A program made the position numbers and the translations under genes. The notes under the pieces are model-generated. The model made no database searches and was not told the origin of the DNA. It saw only the letters and a program-made list of their open reading frames with translations. DNA of 64,000 bases, from assembly GCA_049968255.1 (NCBI GenBank), contig JBMFRB010000005.1:101822-165821 (forward strand), written 5' to 3'. How positions within the stretch are numbered: position 1 is the stretch's first letter; each line of letters begins with the position of its first letter. Of the stretch, positions 49,245 to 60,392 are shown one piece after another. Source of the DNA: Candidatus Sumerlaeaceae bacterium. GTDB lineage: Bacteria; Sumerlaeota; Sumerlaeia; Sumerlaeales; Sumerlaeaceae.

Positions 49245-52200
49245 TTAGTAAGCAGCCCATTCGGTCACACCCGCTGGGAAAGGCTCGGCAACCGCAATGT
49301 CCGAAGCCCCACTGTAAATGACGGTGGCAACAGCGCCCTTTGAGCTCAGACGCAGCACACCGAAGCTCGGGTGCTCCGGATTGCTGATGGACTGCACCAG
49401 CTGGTGCAGGTTATATGTCGGCGCGTTTGGTGTGGCTAGCGTCACCCACGACGTGGGGTTCGTTGGATCACGCGCCACGAGCACTGATTTCTGGCCAAGT
49501 GGGTCAACACCAGCGAATCCGCCCACGTCGGCCACAAGAGTCCAGTCGCCGCTCGGACCCACATCGATACCATCGCCGAGAGCCAGGTGATACGCTCCAG
49601 CCGGATCAACCTTGTTCACGTTGTCCATCGAGTTTGTGTTTCCATTCGCGGCAAGGTTGAATGGCCATCCGCCCGGATCTCCGGGGGCGAAGCTCACCGC
49701 AATCGTCCCACCAGCACCGAGTGCTGCGGAAGTGCTCACCGTCAACATTCTACGCAGCCCCGACGCGGGGTCCACCAGCGGGAAGTCCACGCTGGCAAGA
49801 GCCGCCGTCCCGCGCCAACGCTTGAAGGTGCCTTGAACGAGGGCGATTTCACCGCTTGGGTAGGAGAGAGTTCCCACGTTTGAAGTGTCCATTCCAAGAG
49901 TGAGAGTTCCAGCTCCGCCATTCATCACGAGACGCCCTCTCTTCAGGCTCAGCACCTTGGTGCAGCGGTAATCGCCTGGCAGATTCACACTTCCGTTTGT
50001 CGCGCAGACAATTCCGCCAACATCACCCGGCACGAGAGCACCCGCCGCCTGTCCACTGACATCGCCACAGAATCCCCAGACGCCAACACCCTGGAGCGGT
50101 ACATTACTAAAGGCACCACTGAGGGTCACGCCAGGGAAGTCGCTGGACTGCGGCGGCATGTTGGCAAAGCCAGAGGGGCTATCGGTGGCAAATCCACCGT
50201 TTGCACCCCACGTCACACTGCCGAGACCATTGACCACTCCGCCGCTGCGTGGTGCGAGAGTTCCCTTGATCGTGAGTGTGTTGTTGCAGGTCAGTGTCCC
50301 GAAAATGTGGGCGATTTTACCCGTAGCATCTCCGCCAAGCGTGACCGGATCGTTGCAGGTAAGAGTGACGCCGGAAGGCACCACGAGGTCGCCCGAGATC
50401 GTGATATTCGCGGGCCAAGTCATCGAGTTTGAGATGATGAGTGGTGTAGCGTTGAAGTCACTAGCGGTCGTGTTGTTATTGACCACACTGCCCGCGAGGA
50501 TGACTGGTCCTGTCATCGACGGCTTAAAGGTGGCTGTTGCCCCTATTGTCAGGGTATTCGCGATGGTAGCGGGTAGACCGCCCGACGCGGTATAATTCGC
50601 GCCGTTGAGAATAAGATTACCGAAGCTACGGCCCGAGAATGGGATCGCTGTAGATGTTGCCAAAAATTCCACGGTCGATCCCGGATCAAAAGACCATGCA
50701 CCATAGCTCACCGGAATGTATCCGCTTGGCAAGGCCCCTGGGAAAGGCGTGGCGACACTGCGGCTCGTGTTGAACTGGAGATATCCACCATTTTCGACTT
50801 TGCCCGTCGCGGTGGGATCGAAGTAGTAGATGCTAGTTGAGCCGCCCAGCGTGCCAGGCGCAAATTCGAAACGGCCACCGTTGCGCACATTTACGTCCGG
50901 CGTGGCGGGGTTCAAGTCGCCACCAATGTTGAGAATTTCATTGATGGTCGTCGTCTCGATGCGAAGAGTGATCACGTTGCTTGCGCTTAGAGGATCACCG
51001 ATCGTCAGGGTGCGGCAATTTGCTTCGGCAGTGGAAGAGCTAATCTTAACCGTGTAGGCACTTGTGACATTGGTGTGGTCCAGCACGACATCATCGAGTG
51101 GCGTCGGCACACCGGCGGGTGACCAGTTCCCCGGATCGAACCAGTCGCTGGCATTTAGGCCAGCGCCCAACCACTGCTTCACCGTCCCGGTCGCTGGCGG
51201 GGTGATGGCCCACGAACCAATATAGTTGTTGGTGACCAAGGCAAAGATGTTCGTGCCATCAGTAGCAAAGTCGCCTGTCCCATTTGCGTTAGCATTAGGG
51301 GTTGCGAGTGCGGGACCAAAATCCACCAACTGACCCTGAGCAGGTCCGCTCGTGACATCGGTCACCGAGAAACGCGCGTATGCGTTCGTTGATGCTTTGG
51401 GCAGGCCATGGTGAATGGCGCAATAGTATGTTTTGCCGCCGATCGCCAGTGGCACACCGTGCAGAGCACTCGAGTGCACTCCTGTGATCATGGACTGGAA
51501 CGCCCCAGAATTCGTGTAAACCGCGAGAGCCCCATTCGTTTGATGCCAAATCGCACCCGTCACGGGATCCACATATTCGCCGCGCAACGCGTTTCCGAAA
51601 CCATAGTCCGAAGGCAGCCCCGTCAACGTGATCTCTGAGACGGAAGCCACATTCGTGTTGCTCGTCGGTGGAACTTGGGGGTCTGTGTAGGCGAACTTGT
51701 AGACGGAGTTGAGGATGTTGGCTCGCGCCACACCAACATAGAACTCGACATTAGATCCGCTGACAAGCCGCGCCCAGAATGTGTCACCCACACGCTGCGA
51801 GTAAGCAACGAAGGCTTGAGGGAGCGTTGGGCCCACTGGCGTTGCCTCCGCAGTAGCTGCGTCCGCAGCGCGGTTTGCATAGATAACCTCCGGAGCCCCG
51901 AGGGTATCTTCGCTCGCGCCGGCGGCACCAAACCACCGATAAATCTTGAAAGTTTCGGTCTTGCTGTTGATGGAGAGATTGCACGCATAAACAGCGTAGC
52001 CTGCTGCTCCAAAGTCCACAACCCGAACTTTCACTAGAGGCCGTGTGCCACCTGTAACACCCGTGATATTCATATTACCCACTGTGGCGCCGTCCGCGGC
52101 CTTGAGGACCACAATCCCTGGCGCGCTGGTTGATGAACGCACGACAAGCAAGTGGCCAGTACTGGGGTTGTAGGCCAACCCACGCGTCTCGTTGTCATTT

Positions 52201-52316
52201 TGTATGGGCGCGTTGGGAGCGTCAATGCGCCAGTTCTGCGTTAGCGCGCCAAAAGCGCTCAGCGTACCCGCGAGTGTGAGCCATGCCACTAAGCATGGCA
52301 GTATTCGGTGTCTCAT
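49245..52316 (-). CDS. Large secreted protein: DUF4623-like N-terminal region plus beta-helix/adhesin-like region
   Basis: AAGGAGG RBS, signal peptide; RGLAYN..FKIYRW..RVGD; DWFDPGNWSPAGVP motif; G/T/N-rich beta repeats. Confidence 0.75.
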   Translation of the reverse strand: MRHRILPCLVAWLTLAGTLSAFGALTQNWRIDAPNAPIQNDNETRGLAYNPSTGHLLVVRSSTSAPGIVVLKAADGATVGNMNITGVTGGTRPLVKVRVVDFGAAGYAVYACNLSINSKTETFKIYRWFGAAGASEDTLGAPEVIYANRAADAATAEATPVGPTLPQAFVAYSQRVGDTFWARLVSGSNVEFYVGVARANILNSVYKFAYTDPQVPPTSNTNVASVSEITLTGLPSDYGFGNALRGEYVDPVTGAIWHQTNGALAVYTNSGAFQSMITGVHSSALHGVPLAIGGKTYYCAIHHGLPKASTNAYARFSVTDVTSGPAQGQLVDFGPALATPNANANGTGDFATDGTNIFALVTNNYIGSWAITPPATGTVKQWLGAGLNASDWFDPGNWSPAGVPTPLDDVVLDHTNVTSAYTVKISSSTAEANCRTLTIGDPLSASNVITLRIETTTINEILNIGGDLNPATPDVNVRNGGRFEFAPGTLGGSTSIYYFDPTATGKVENGGYLQFNTSRSVATPFPGALPSGYIPVSYGAWSFDPGSTVEFLATSTAIPFSGRSFGNLILNGANYTASGGLPATIANTLTIGATATFKPSMTGPVILAGSVVNNNTTASDFNATPLIISNSMTWPANITISGDLVVPSGVTLTCNDPVTLGGDATGKIAHIFGTLTCNNTLTIKGTLAPRSGGVVNGLGSVTWGANGGFATDSPSGFANMPPQSSDFPGVTLSGAFSNVPLQGVGVWGFCGDVSGQAAGALVPGDVGGIVCATNGSVNLPGDYRCTKVLSLKRGRLVMNGGAGTLTLGMDTSNVGTLSYPSGEIALVQGTFKRWRGTAALASVDFPLVDPASGLRRMLTVSTSAALGAGGTIAVSFAPGDPGGWPFNLAANGNTNSMDNVNKVDPAGAYHLALGDGIDVGPSGDWTLVADVGGFAGVDPLGQKSVLVARDPTNPTSWVTLATPNAPTYNLHQLVQSISNPEHPSFGVLRLSSKGAVATVIYSGASDIAVAEPFPAGVTEWAAY

Positions 52317-52633
52317 GAGTAAACCCTCCTTGTGTCTCTGATTTTGTGGGAAGTGAAGGTTTTCGTGGTTCTTCTCCTCCACTCACCATGTTTTTTTGCC
52401 AAGCTTTAGTTATGGTTGTCAAGAGACTTCTGCAAAAAAAAACAACAAAAGTGGACCATTTGGTCCGATTTGTCGGACCACGCAGCTGTGCCCAGCATTA
52501 TTGAAGAGTGCATTTCTGGCAGCTGAGAGCAGGACCTTATCTGCCACAGCCACAGCAGCGCTGCGAGCCTTCTTTCATGGAGGGGTTCAGGCGAACACGG
52601 AGCAGCGCTAAGTTGCTGCGAGGGCCCATTGCT

Positions 52634-54250
52634 CTATGAGGCGCGTGGGGGCTGATTTGATTTTCGTGCAGCTTTGATGCGGTACATTTTTTCGTCGGCT
52701 AGGGCGATGAGGTCCATGGGCTCGGCAAAGGGTTCATTGCTGAACGCGATGCCAATGCTTACGCCCACAGAGACCTCGACGTCACCAATGCGAAGTGGCT
52801 GGCGCACAACCTCCTCAAGCCGGTGCGCAAGGTCGTAGACGTGTTGGGGGCTTTCTACGTCTTCCACCAAGACTATAAATTCGTCGCCCCCGATACGCGC
52901 GACAACATCGCTGGGCCGGACAGATGCCGCAAGGCGCGCAGCCATTTGCGCAAGGCAGTCGTCGCCTGTGGTGTGACCATAGTGATCGTTGACGTGTTTG
53001 AAATTATCGAGGTCGAGAAACAAAATAGCAAACTGCTGCTCGGGGTGGCGGCGCACACGCGCCACGGCCCGTTGGAACAGCTCGAGAAAATGGGCTCTGT
53101 TGGGCAACTGGGTAAGTGGATCGTGGTAAGCGCCATGGCGCAATTGCTCCTCGGCGACTTTGCGCCGCGTGATATCGGTCATGCTGCCGGCCATGCGAAT
53201 AGGCTGGCGACGGTCATCGACAATGGCGACTCCGCGGATGTGCATCCAGCGCCACTCGCCACGGCGAGTGACCATGCGAATTTCGACATCGAGCAGACGA
53301 CTTCTCCCTTCGAGATGGTCGCGGATAGCCTGCTGAAAGGCTTCCCGATCTTCGCTGTGAATTCGGGTCAACCATTCGGCTGGCGTTGGACCAACTTCGT
53401 GGTCCTCGTAGCCGAGCAGCCATTTCCACCGCGGAGAATAGAAGATCCTGTTTTGCCTCAAATCCCAATCCCAGATGCCGTCGTTGGCCCCGGTGAGCGC
53501 TAGGCTGAAGCGCTCCTCGCTCTCGCGGAGAGCTTCAGCCATCTTGGTCCGATCCTCGAGCAGTTCCGTAAGCGCGCGGCGCCAACGCTTGAGCCGCAAC
53601 ACCAAGCCTACCCACGTCATTGAAGAGATCAGCAATACACCAAACCAGGACAACAGCGCGGTCCCGTAAGCTGAGCTCAATCTGATCCTGAGGGAATGCA
53701 GGTGTGGGGCGTTTTCGTCGCTCAGGAGTGAAAGCAGCGAGCGCAAGTGGGATCTTTCGAGCATGTAAGCTGATGTCTGGAGGATCTCTATTGCCGAGGT
53801 TGTCTTGCCTTCCGATGCTAGCTGGATAGCCGCCACTTCGTAGCGACTCACGACAAGAGAAGCCGAGGAAACCTGCTCAGCGAGGCGGCAGAGCTTTTCA
53901 TTGCCGAGTTTAACAAGCGATTCGACCAAGGCGTCGAACTCAGCGACGTAATTCGCGCGTTGCGTAAGATAATGGTCCCCCTGAGCCTGCACATACGCCA
54001 AAGTCGTGGTGCCAATGTTCTCGTCGGCTACGAGCAACCGCTGATGTGCGTCACAAAGCAGTGATCGAAGTTTCTCGTACTCTTGGCGAACACGCACCGC
54101 ATCGAAAATCGTAAAGACGCCCAGTATGATAAGCGCGATTGTCAGTAGAATAGCAAAAACAACGCTAGTCAGGCGCCACTCATAGTCGCGCAGGACTTTC
54201 CCGTATGACCTGGCAACTGGGCTTTTCTCTGCAGTGTCCAGTTTGCTCAC
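52634..54250 (-). CDS. Membrane diguanylate cyclase (periplasmic helical sensor, PAS, GGDEF)
   Basis: Two TMs, GANDGIWDWD PAS, HDPLTQLPNR, DLDNFKHVND, RIGGDEF with RxxD (RPSD). Confidence 0.94.
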   Translation of the reverse strand: MSKLDTAEKSPVARSYGKVLRDYEWRLTSVVFAILLTIALIILGVFTIFDAVRVRQEYEKLRSLLCDAHQRLLVADENIGTTTLAYVQAQGDHYLTQRANYVAEFDALVESLVKLGNEKLCRLAEQVSSASLVVSRYEVAAIQLASEGKTTSAIEILQTSAYMLERSHLRSLLSLLSDENAPHLHSLRIRLSSAYGTALLSWFGVLLISSMTWVGLVLRLKRWRRALTELLEDRTKMAEALRESEERFSLALTGANDGIWDWDLRQNRIFYSPRWKWLLGYEDHEVGPTPAEWLTRIHSEDREAFQQAIRDHLEGRSRLLDVEIRMVTRRGEWRWMHIRGVAIVDDRRQPIRMAGSMTDITRRKVAEEQLRHGAYHDPLTQLPNRAHFLELFQRAVARVRRHPEQQFAILFLDLDNFKHVNDHYGHTTGDDCLAQMAARLAASVRPSDVVARIGGDEFIVLVEDVESPQHVYDLAHRLEEVVRQPLRIGDVEVSVGVSIGIAFSNEPFAEPMDLIALADEKMYRIKAARKSNQPPRAS

Positions 54251-54382
54251 TTCCCCGCTGTTTTCTGCACCAAATTATTTTGCTTCGGCAAGCAGCTGTT
54301 GAGTAGCGCAAGATGACAATAGATCACCGTGCCCCACACAAAGCAAGGGGAATGCCCCCGTTTAGCCAGAAACAAAATTAAA

Positions 54383-54416
54383 TGCGGGGAAGGGAACGTG
54401 AGTTCCTTTCCCCGCA
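54383..54416 (-). terminator. Rho-independent terminator of ahcY
   Basis: 15-bp stem TGCGGGGAAAGGAAC/GTTCCCTTCCCCGCA followed by TTTAATTTTGTTT on the minus strand. Confidence 0.82.
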
Positions 54417-54439
54417 GAAGCTACAGGGTCTAAGCACTC

Positions 54440-55873
54440 TCAGTAGCGGTAGTGCTCGGGCTTGAACGGCCCGTCGATCGGAACACCAATATAAGCAGCC
54501 TGCTTCGGCGTTAGCTTAGTGAGCTTCGCTCCCAGCCTGTCGAGGTGGAGGCGCGCCACCATCTCGTCAAGCTCTTTTGGCAAGACGTAGACCTTTTTCT
54601 GGTACTTGCCCGTGTTGCGATTTGTCCACAGCTCGATCTGCGCCAGGGTCTGATTAGTGAAACTGTTGCTCATCACAAAGCTCGGATGGCCTGTGGCGCA
54701 GCCAAGATTCACGAGCCGTCCGCGCGCTAGCACAGTGAGGCGCTTACCGTTAGGCCATTCGATCTGATCCACCTGAGGTTTTATCTCGTGCACTTTGAGA
54801 TTCGGATCATTATAGAGAGAGTTGACCTGGATTTCAGAATCGAAGTGACCAATGTTACAGACAATCGCCTCGTTCTTCATCCGATCCATGTGTTCGCGCG
54901 TGATGACGTCCACGTTGCCGGTGGCGGTGATAAAGATGTCGCCCCACTCGCAAGCTTCATCCATTGTGACGACTTCGTAGCCTTCCATGCACGCTTGGAG
55001 GGCACAGATTGGATCAATCTCGGTGATGTAAACGCGCGCGCCCATGCCACGCAGAGCCTGAGCACATCCCTTGCCAACATCGCCGTAGCCGCAAACGACG
55101 CATTTCTTGCCGGCGATCATCACGTCGGTCGCACGTTTGATGCCATCAATGAGCGACTCGCGGCAGCCGTACAAGTTATCAAATTTACTTTTTGTCACAG
55201 AATCATTGACGTTGATGGCTGGAAAACGCAACCGCCCTTGTTTTTCCATCTCGTAAAGCCGATGCACGCCGGTGGTTGTTTCCTCGCTCACACCAACGAT
55301 GCCTTTGGCCATATTGCGCCAGAAACGCGGGTCTTCGTCGAGCGTGTCGTTGAGCAGACGATCCACGATCGCTAGCTCTTCGCACTCTTCACTGATGGGA
55401 GGCTTCTGGCCAGTGCGCTCGAACTCTTCTTCGCGCTCGCAGCCGCGATGGATGAGCAGCGTGGCATCACCGCCGTCATCCACGAGCAAAGTGGGGCCGC
55501 CCTCATGCATCAATGCCCACTTGGTGAACTGCCAGTATTCCTCGAGCGTTTCCCCCTTGTAGGCGAACACGGGGATTCCTGCGGCAGCAATGGCTGCTGC
55601 AGCATGGTCCTGCGTGGAGAAAATGTTGCAGCTGGCCCATCGCACTGAGGCACCCAAGGCAACGAGGGTCTCGATAAGCACAGCGGTTTGAATTGTCATG
55701 TGCAGCGAACCAGAGATGCGGGCACCTGCAAGGGGCTTCTTCGGTCCGAACTCCTTGCGCACAGCCATCAAGCCGGGCATCTCGTGCTCCGCCATGCGAA
55801 TTTCTTCGCGTCCCCACTTGGCGAGAGAAATGTCTTTCACCATGTAGGGCGGAATTGCAGTGGTCACCGTCAT
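54440..55873 (-). CDS. ahcY: Adenosylhomocysteinase
   Basis: [59 protein letters not shown]. Confidence 0.98.
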   Translation of the reverse strand: MTVTTAIPPYMVKDISLAKWGREEIRMAEHEMPGLMAVRKEFGPKKPLAGARISGSLHMTIQTAVLIETLVALGASVRWASCNIFSTQDHAAAAIAAAGIPVFAYKGETLEEYWQFTKWALMHEGGPTLLVDDGGDATLLIHRGCEREEEFERTGQKPPISEECEELAIVDRLLNDTLDEDPRFWRNMAKGIVGVSEETTTGVHRLYEMEKQGRLRFPAINVNDSVTKSKFDNLYGCRESLIDGIKRATDVMIAGKKCVVCGYGDVGKGCAQALRGMGARVYITEIDPICALQACMEGYEVVTMDEACEWGDIFITATGNVDVITREHMDRMKNEAIVCNIGHFDSEIQVNSLYNDPNLKVHEIKPQVDQIEWPNGKRLTVLARGRLVNLGCATGHPSFVMSNSFTNQTLAQIELWTNRNTGKYQKKVYVLPKELDEMVARLHLDRLGAKLTKLTPKQAAYIGVPIDGPFKPEHYRY

Positions 55874-55979
55874 TGCAATCGTCCTTCCTTTGTGTGTGTA
55901 GGGAACCGCTAAAGAGAACAGGCGCCGGGCGTGGCGTGCCATCGCACGGCGGCTCACACATGGCGCAACTGTTTTAGCC

Positions 55980-56990
55980 TTACGGTTCCTTTTCTGTCCA
56001 GCCTGCAGAAGCTGAACAAACTTTTCTTTTTCGCGCGATCAGGCAATAAAGGCGCGGCAGGGGCGCCAGATCATGATCGGGACGCGGCGGTGTGGACACA
56101 TCCCAGAGCTCGAACTCTTCGAACCCAGCTTCGGCTAGCCATGCACGCAACAGATCAGGGGCGATGCCCGCGCGACGGTCACCCATCTGACGACGAAATG
56201 TCTCGTTTTCATAAGGATAATATTCGAGCACAAGGGCTTGCCCGGTGGGGGCGAGCGATCGGCCGAGCTCGAACACAGCGGGACGGATATCAGCAAGGTG
56301 GTGGAGAATCAAAACTAAGAGGGCAAGATCTACTTCGCCCGCTTCCAGTGGCAGCTCCGCCAGATCCCCTTCGCGCAGAGCGACGTTGTCGAGCTTGAGC
56401 TCAGCGACGCGGCGGCGTGCCAGCTCCAGCATTCCCCGGCTCGAATCAACAGCGACAATTCTTCGGAAATGGCGAGCCAGAACAGGCAAAAGATAACCTG
56501 TCCCAGTGCCCAAGTCCGCGACGGTCCACTCCTTGGGGAGCAAATGCAATAGCGTTTCGAGATGGAATGTTGGGCCGAAACAATCTTCACGTAACGCGTC
56601 CCAATGGGCAGCCATGCGGTCGAAAAAAGAGGCATTGTCGCCTGCCCGCAGGGCCAGCACTCGTTCGAGCGATTGGCGTAGCCCAGGGGAAAGATGTTCA
56701 GCTGCCAGGAGTGCCAGGAGATCCCGCCGCAGCGGGGCATCGAACGCATCAGGCTCTGGGGCAAGAGTTGCGCGATAGAAGGTGGCCGGACCGGCAGCGC
56801 GGTCGCTGACGAGTCCTGCTTCGCGAAGCACTTTGAGATGCCGGCTGACACTGGATTGGGGCATGTCGAAAATACGGACGAGCTCACTGACCGTGAGCTC
56901 CTCGCAATTGAGAACATGCAGAATTCTCAGACGCGTCGGGTCAGCTAAGGCTTTGAAGAAGGTACTTATCGCGAGCGGTTTAATCATCAC
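55980..56990 (-). CDS. sahR: SahR-type regulator (ArsR HTH + SAM-binding methyltransferase domain)
   Basis: [13 protein letters not shown]...[11 protein letters not shown]; VADLGTGTG; directly upstream of ahcY. Confidence 0.88.
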   Translation of the reverse strand: MMIKPLAISTFFKALADPTRLRILHVLNCEELTVSELVRIFDMPQSSVSRHLKVLREAGLVSDRAAGPATFYRATLAPEPDAFDAPLRRDLLALLAAEHLSPGLRQSLERVLALRAGDNASFFDRMAAHWDALREDCFGPTFHLETLLHLLPKEWTVADLGTGTGYLLPVLARHFRRIVAVDSSRGMLELARRRVAELKLDNVALREGDLAELPLEAGEVDLALLVLILHHLADIRPAVFELGRSLAPTGQALVLEYYPYENETFRRQMGDRRAGIAPDLLRAWLAEAGFEEFELWDVSTPPRPDHDLAPLPRLYCLIARKRKVCSASAGWTEKEP

Positions 56991-57299
56991 TATATCCGGA
57001 TGAGCTGTTACGTGTAAAAAATTACGCCGACCTCGATTCTTCTATTCAGCCAGGTGCTACCAGAAAAATACGATGTAAGTTGCCTTTTTACAATTTAGTA
57101 ATCACAAAGGTGCAAGTTTGTGCATTTTTCTCTTGCGACTGCGTCTTTGCTAGGGGCTGTGTGCGCGAAACTCACTGTTTCTCCGGGAAGGAGCGTTTTG
57201 CCATCGGTCTGGCTTTCTCGGGGGAATTCGCGAGACAGGGGGTATCGGTAATCATAAAGGCCGTGACCCCAAGGCGTCGCCAAACTGGGAGTTATGGGC

Positions 57300-57752
57300 A
57301 TGAGTCTTCTAGAACGCTACGATCTGGGCTTCGCCAAGCTGGTAGAATCCTTCCGTGCGCTTAAGGACGAAGCGGAGCGGCTGATGATGCTCATCGAGTT
57401 TGCAAGCTGTTACGTGGATCCGCCGCCGGCTGTGGCATCGCGGCCCTTTCCGGCAGAATGCAAACTCCCAGGCTGCGACTGCGACGTCTATTTTTGGGCT
57501 CTTATGCGTGAGGACCGTCGTCTTGATTTCTATTTTGCGGTGGACTGCGCAGAGGGCGTTTCCGCCAAGGCCTTTGCGGTCATTCTCTCGCGCACTCTCA
57601 CGGGCGCAGACCTAGAGGCAATCGCCCGGATCCCGCGCGAATGCGTGGCCATTATTTTCGGTGAACTTATCACACCAGAAAAAAAAGCCACACTGGAGGC
57701 TATGCTGGAAGCTGTGCGCCAAGCTGCCCAGGATGTGCTTGGCGAATCTTAG
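57300..57752 (+). CDS. sufE: SufE/CsdE-family sulfur acceptor
   Basis: KLPGCDCDVYF matches the Cys-bearing SufE motif; size ~150 aa. Confidence 0.78.
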   Translation: MSLLERYDLGFAKLVESFRALKDEAERLMMLIEFASCYVDPPPAVASRPFPAECKLPGCDCDVYFWALMREDRRLDFYFAVDCAEGVSAKAFAVILSRTLTGADLEAIARIPRECVAIIFGELITPEKKATLEAMLEAVRQAAQDVLGES

Positions 57753-58969
57753 CCAGAGCGAAAGAAATCCGCAATTTCCTGGATTGGCCACGGGGGGCGC
57801 GGCACGCACGTTGTGATAAGATGGGGCGTGGGCATGGCATAGGAGCTGCCGGCGTGGCAATAGATGCCGAGCTCCTCGAGCAGCGCCAGGGCCACACTTT
57901 CATCAGAGGCGATGGCCGCAGGAAGTGGAACGGGGAGATAGACGCCACCTTCGGGGCGTGATACTGCAAATCCCTGGCCTTGCCATTGCGCAACGAGAGC
58001 GCTCATGCGGTGGCGATATTTCTGTGCGAACTGCTGGCAAATCGCTAGCGACTGGCTGGACAATAAGGCGGGCAGTGCGGCCTGGACAATTTCGCTGACG
58101 GGGAGAAAAGTGTCGGATGCGTACTCGAGTGCGGATACAAACGCACGAGTAAGCTCGCGATCACTGCCTTCCACCACCATCCAGCCCGCTTTCAGTCCAG
58201 GCAAAGAAAGCATTTTAGAGAGTCCATTGAGAGTGACGCAAAGGGGGGCCGTAAATTCGCTAGGCCGCGGGACGTATGGCGCATCGTGAAGAAACTCGCA
58301 AAAGACTTCGTCGAAAACAATGGGAAGCCGATGACGCATGGCAATCGTGGCAATTTCACAAAGCTCTTCGATGTTGGCCACCATTCCCGTGGGATTGTGC
58401 GGTGACACAAGGACAAGTGCGCACGTGTGTGGCGTGATTTGAAACTCGATCTCTTCGGGATTGAGGCGCCAGGCACCCGTCGCCTTATGTTCGAGATGGT
58501 ACGAGCGAACCTGCAAGCCTGCCAAACGGGCCAAGTCGTCAAAAAGCGGGTAAGTTGGAGCTGGGCACAGGACATTTCCGCCTGGCCGTGCGAGTAGCCG
58601 GAATGTATACCAGTAGGCCATACTGGTTCCCGGGGTCAGAACGACTTGTTCGGGCGAGATAGAGCCATGATAAGCGGCGACAGCTTCGCGCGCGGCAATC
58701 TGGCCTCGCGGATCTGGCTTATAGAAGTGCGCGGTGACACATGCGTCGGCAATCGCTTGCGCGAGTCGCTCGGGAGGATATTCGAAGCCATGCTCTTGCG
58801 GGTTGGCCTGGATGAAATCGAAGACAGGTTCGCCGCGCCGTCTTCGCTGCTCAAGCGCTAAGGCGAGGGGCGAAGCAATGGGATCGCCCCATTCGCTTAA
58901 GAGTGGCGCAAGAACTCGCTTGGCATTACCTGACGAGTGAACTCCCATCCCGATCTGATTCGCGCTCAA
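57749..58969 (-). CDS. Class I/II PLP-dependent aminotransferase
   Basis: SPHNPTG, DEVF, GLSKMLSLPGLKAGW. Confidence 0.9.
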   Translation of the reverse strand: MSANQIGMGVHSSGNAKRVLAPLLSEWGDPIASPLALALEQRRRRGEPVFDFIQANPQEHGFEYPPERLAQAIADACVTAHFYKPDPRGQIAAREAVAAYHGSISPEQVVLTPGTSMAYWYTFRLLARPGGNVLCPAPTYPLFDDLARLAGLQVRSYHLEHKATGAWRLNPEEIEFQITPHTCALVLVSPHNPTGMVANIEELCEIATIAMRHRLPIVFDEVFCEFLHDAPYVPRPSEFTAPLCVTLNGLSKMLSLPGLKAGWMVVEGSDRELTRAFVSALEYASDTFLPVSEIVQAALPALLSSQSLAICQQFAQKYRHRMSALVAQWQGQGFAVSRPEGGVYLPVPLPAAIASDESVALALLEELGIYCHAGSSYAMPTPHLITTCVPRPPWPIQEIADFFRSG

Positions 58970-60135
58970 TGCTGCGCGGCGGAGACGTAAACAGCGGCCA
59001 CGCGCGCCGGACGCTGGGCGGGGAGCACATCGACCAGCTCGTACTCGCGCGTACCGACGCCTAGGCTTTCGAGATAGGCCGGCGCCTTGTACGGATCTTT
59101 GTAAGGGCCGTGCACCTGCTGGAAAGGATGGCCAGCATGGGGCTGGAATTCCATCGAGAGTGGCAGAGCCTCTTGGTCAATTCGATATTTAGCCGCCATG
59201 TCAAGCACGGCCGTGTCAACAGCCACGATGTCGTCGGAGCCAAAGACGCCGAGATCTGGGAGGATCGGCTGACCGGTGAACCCAAAACAATCACACACGG
59301 TGTGGATTTGGGTAGCGAGGTTAATGAACACCGCCTTGCCCGGTTCAAAAGTTGAAAGGACGATTTTCGCAGATATGGCGCATGCCTCCTGGAATGCCCA
59401 GAAGTTCTCAGGTCGAATAAACAAAGACCCCTCTGGGGCCACCTTGAGGCAGCGCCCGCATTGGTTGCACATTTCGTAATGTAGGTGAAGATGCCCCGGG
59501 CGATCCTTGTCCTCTACTAACGCCTCGAACGGACACGCGTCCATGATCGCTTTGCGTTTGTCAGTGTCTGTGCACTTTTCGGGAAACCAGTAGGGGTCGA
59601 AGTGGTTTGTGTCGTGAATGGCGCTTCGTGTGGGGGTCATCATGCACCCGAGGGCAAGATTCTTGATGGCAGCTCCAAACCCGCAAGAGGGATGGCCTTT
59701 CACATGGGCCAGGTCAATAAGGAAAGTTGCGTCAGCAATCATGCCTCCGAGTCGCCACTCTTCGATGTTCTTGTAGAGGTACTTGTGGACATAATAATAC
59801 TTTTCGTCCGGGCCGCCCACGGGATAGATCGAACAGCCCAAAGTCTCGGGTGTGTAGCCGCGCTGGGCGGCGGTGGCAACCGCTCCCGCCAAATCGGTCA
59901 CGAAAGGCTTTCCCCCGCCATCGAGCACAGCTTTTACCACCCGGCGCACGAAAACGGGGTGAATCGTTGAATAACCAACGTTGCCGCCGAGGTGCATTTT
60001 GATCGCGACTGTTTCCCCCTTGACGCGGTCACGCAGATGGAGCGCGTCGAGAATTTTGTCGAGTTTCATGGGAAGGGTTTCAGTGGCATCGAGCCGCGAT
60101 TGCTTAGGAGACCCGTAGAACACCTTGGCTGCCAT
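58966..60135 (-). CDS. DUF362 Fe-S protein
   Basis: VAIKMHLG, HVKGHPSCGFGAAIKNLALGC, ferredoxin-like CNQCGRC, CDC, DIVAVD. Confidence 0.88.
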   Translation of the reverse strand: MAAKVFYGSPKQSRLDATETLPMKLDKILDALHLRDRVKGETVAIKMHLGGNVGYSTIHPVFVRRVVKAVLDGGGKPFVTDLAGAVATAAQRGYTPETLGCSIYPVGGPDEKYYYVHKYLYKNIEEWRLGGMIADATFLIDLAHVKGHPSCGFGAAIKNLALGCMMTPTRSAIHDTNHFDPYWFPEKCTDTDKRKAIMDACPFEALVEDKDRPGHLHLHYEMCNQCGRCLKVAPEGSLFIRPENFWAFQEACAISAKIVLSTFEPGKAVFINLATQIHTVCDCFGFTGQPILPDLGVFGSDDIVAVDTAVLDMAAKYRIDQEALPLSMEFQPHAGHPFQQVHGPYKDPYKAPAYLESLGVGTREYELVDVLPAQRPARVAAVYVSAAQH

Positions 60136-60392
60136 CGTTGCTTTGCCTCCGTCGAAAAATCTTTTAGTTTCTAAATATCAGCTAACCTAATAGAACGTTC
60201 AAAATCTTTTTAGCCCAACCTCGCAAAGGACTGTGGGGTGGAGCGCAGAAAGGGGCCGTGGGCAAGTTAGGGTGGGCCTAAGGGGGATGGAAAAACGAAC
60301 GGCGATGCGAATCGGACTTGACGTAGCTCTTTTTCTAGACTGCCACACGGTCTGTGGAAAATTTTGCGTTATTCGTGCGAGGGACTCGGGGA

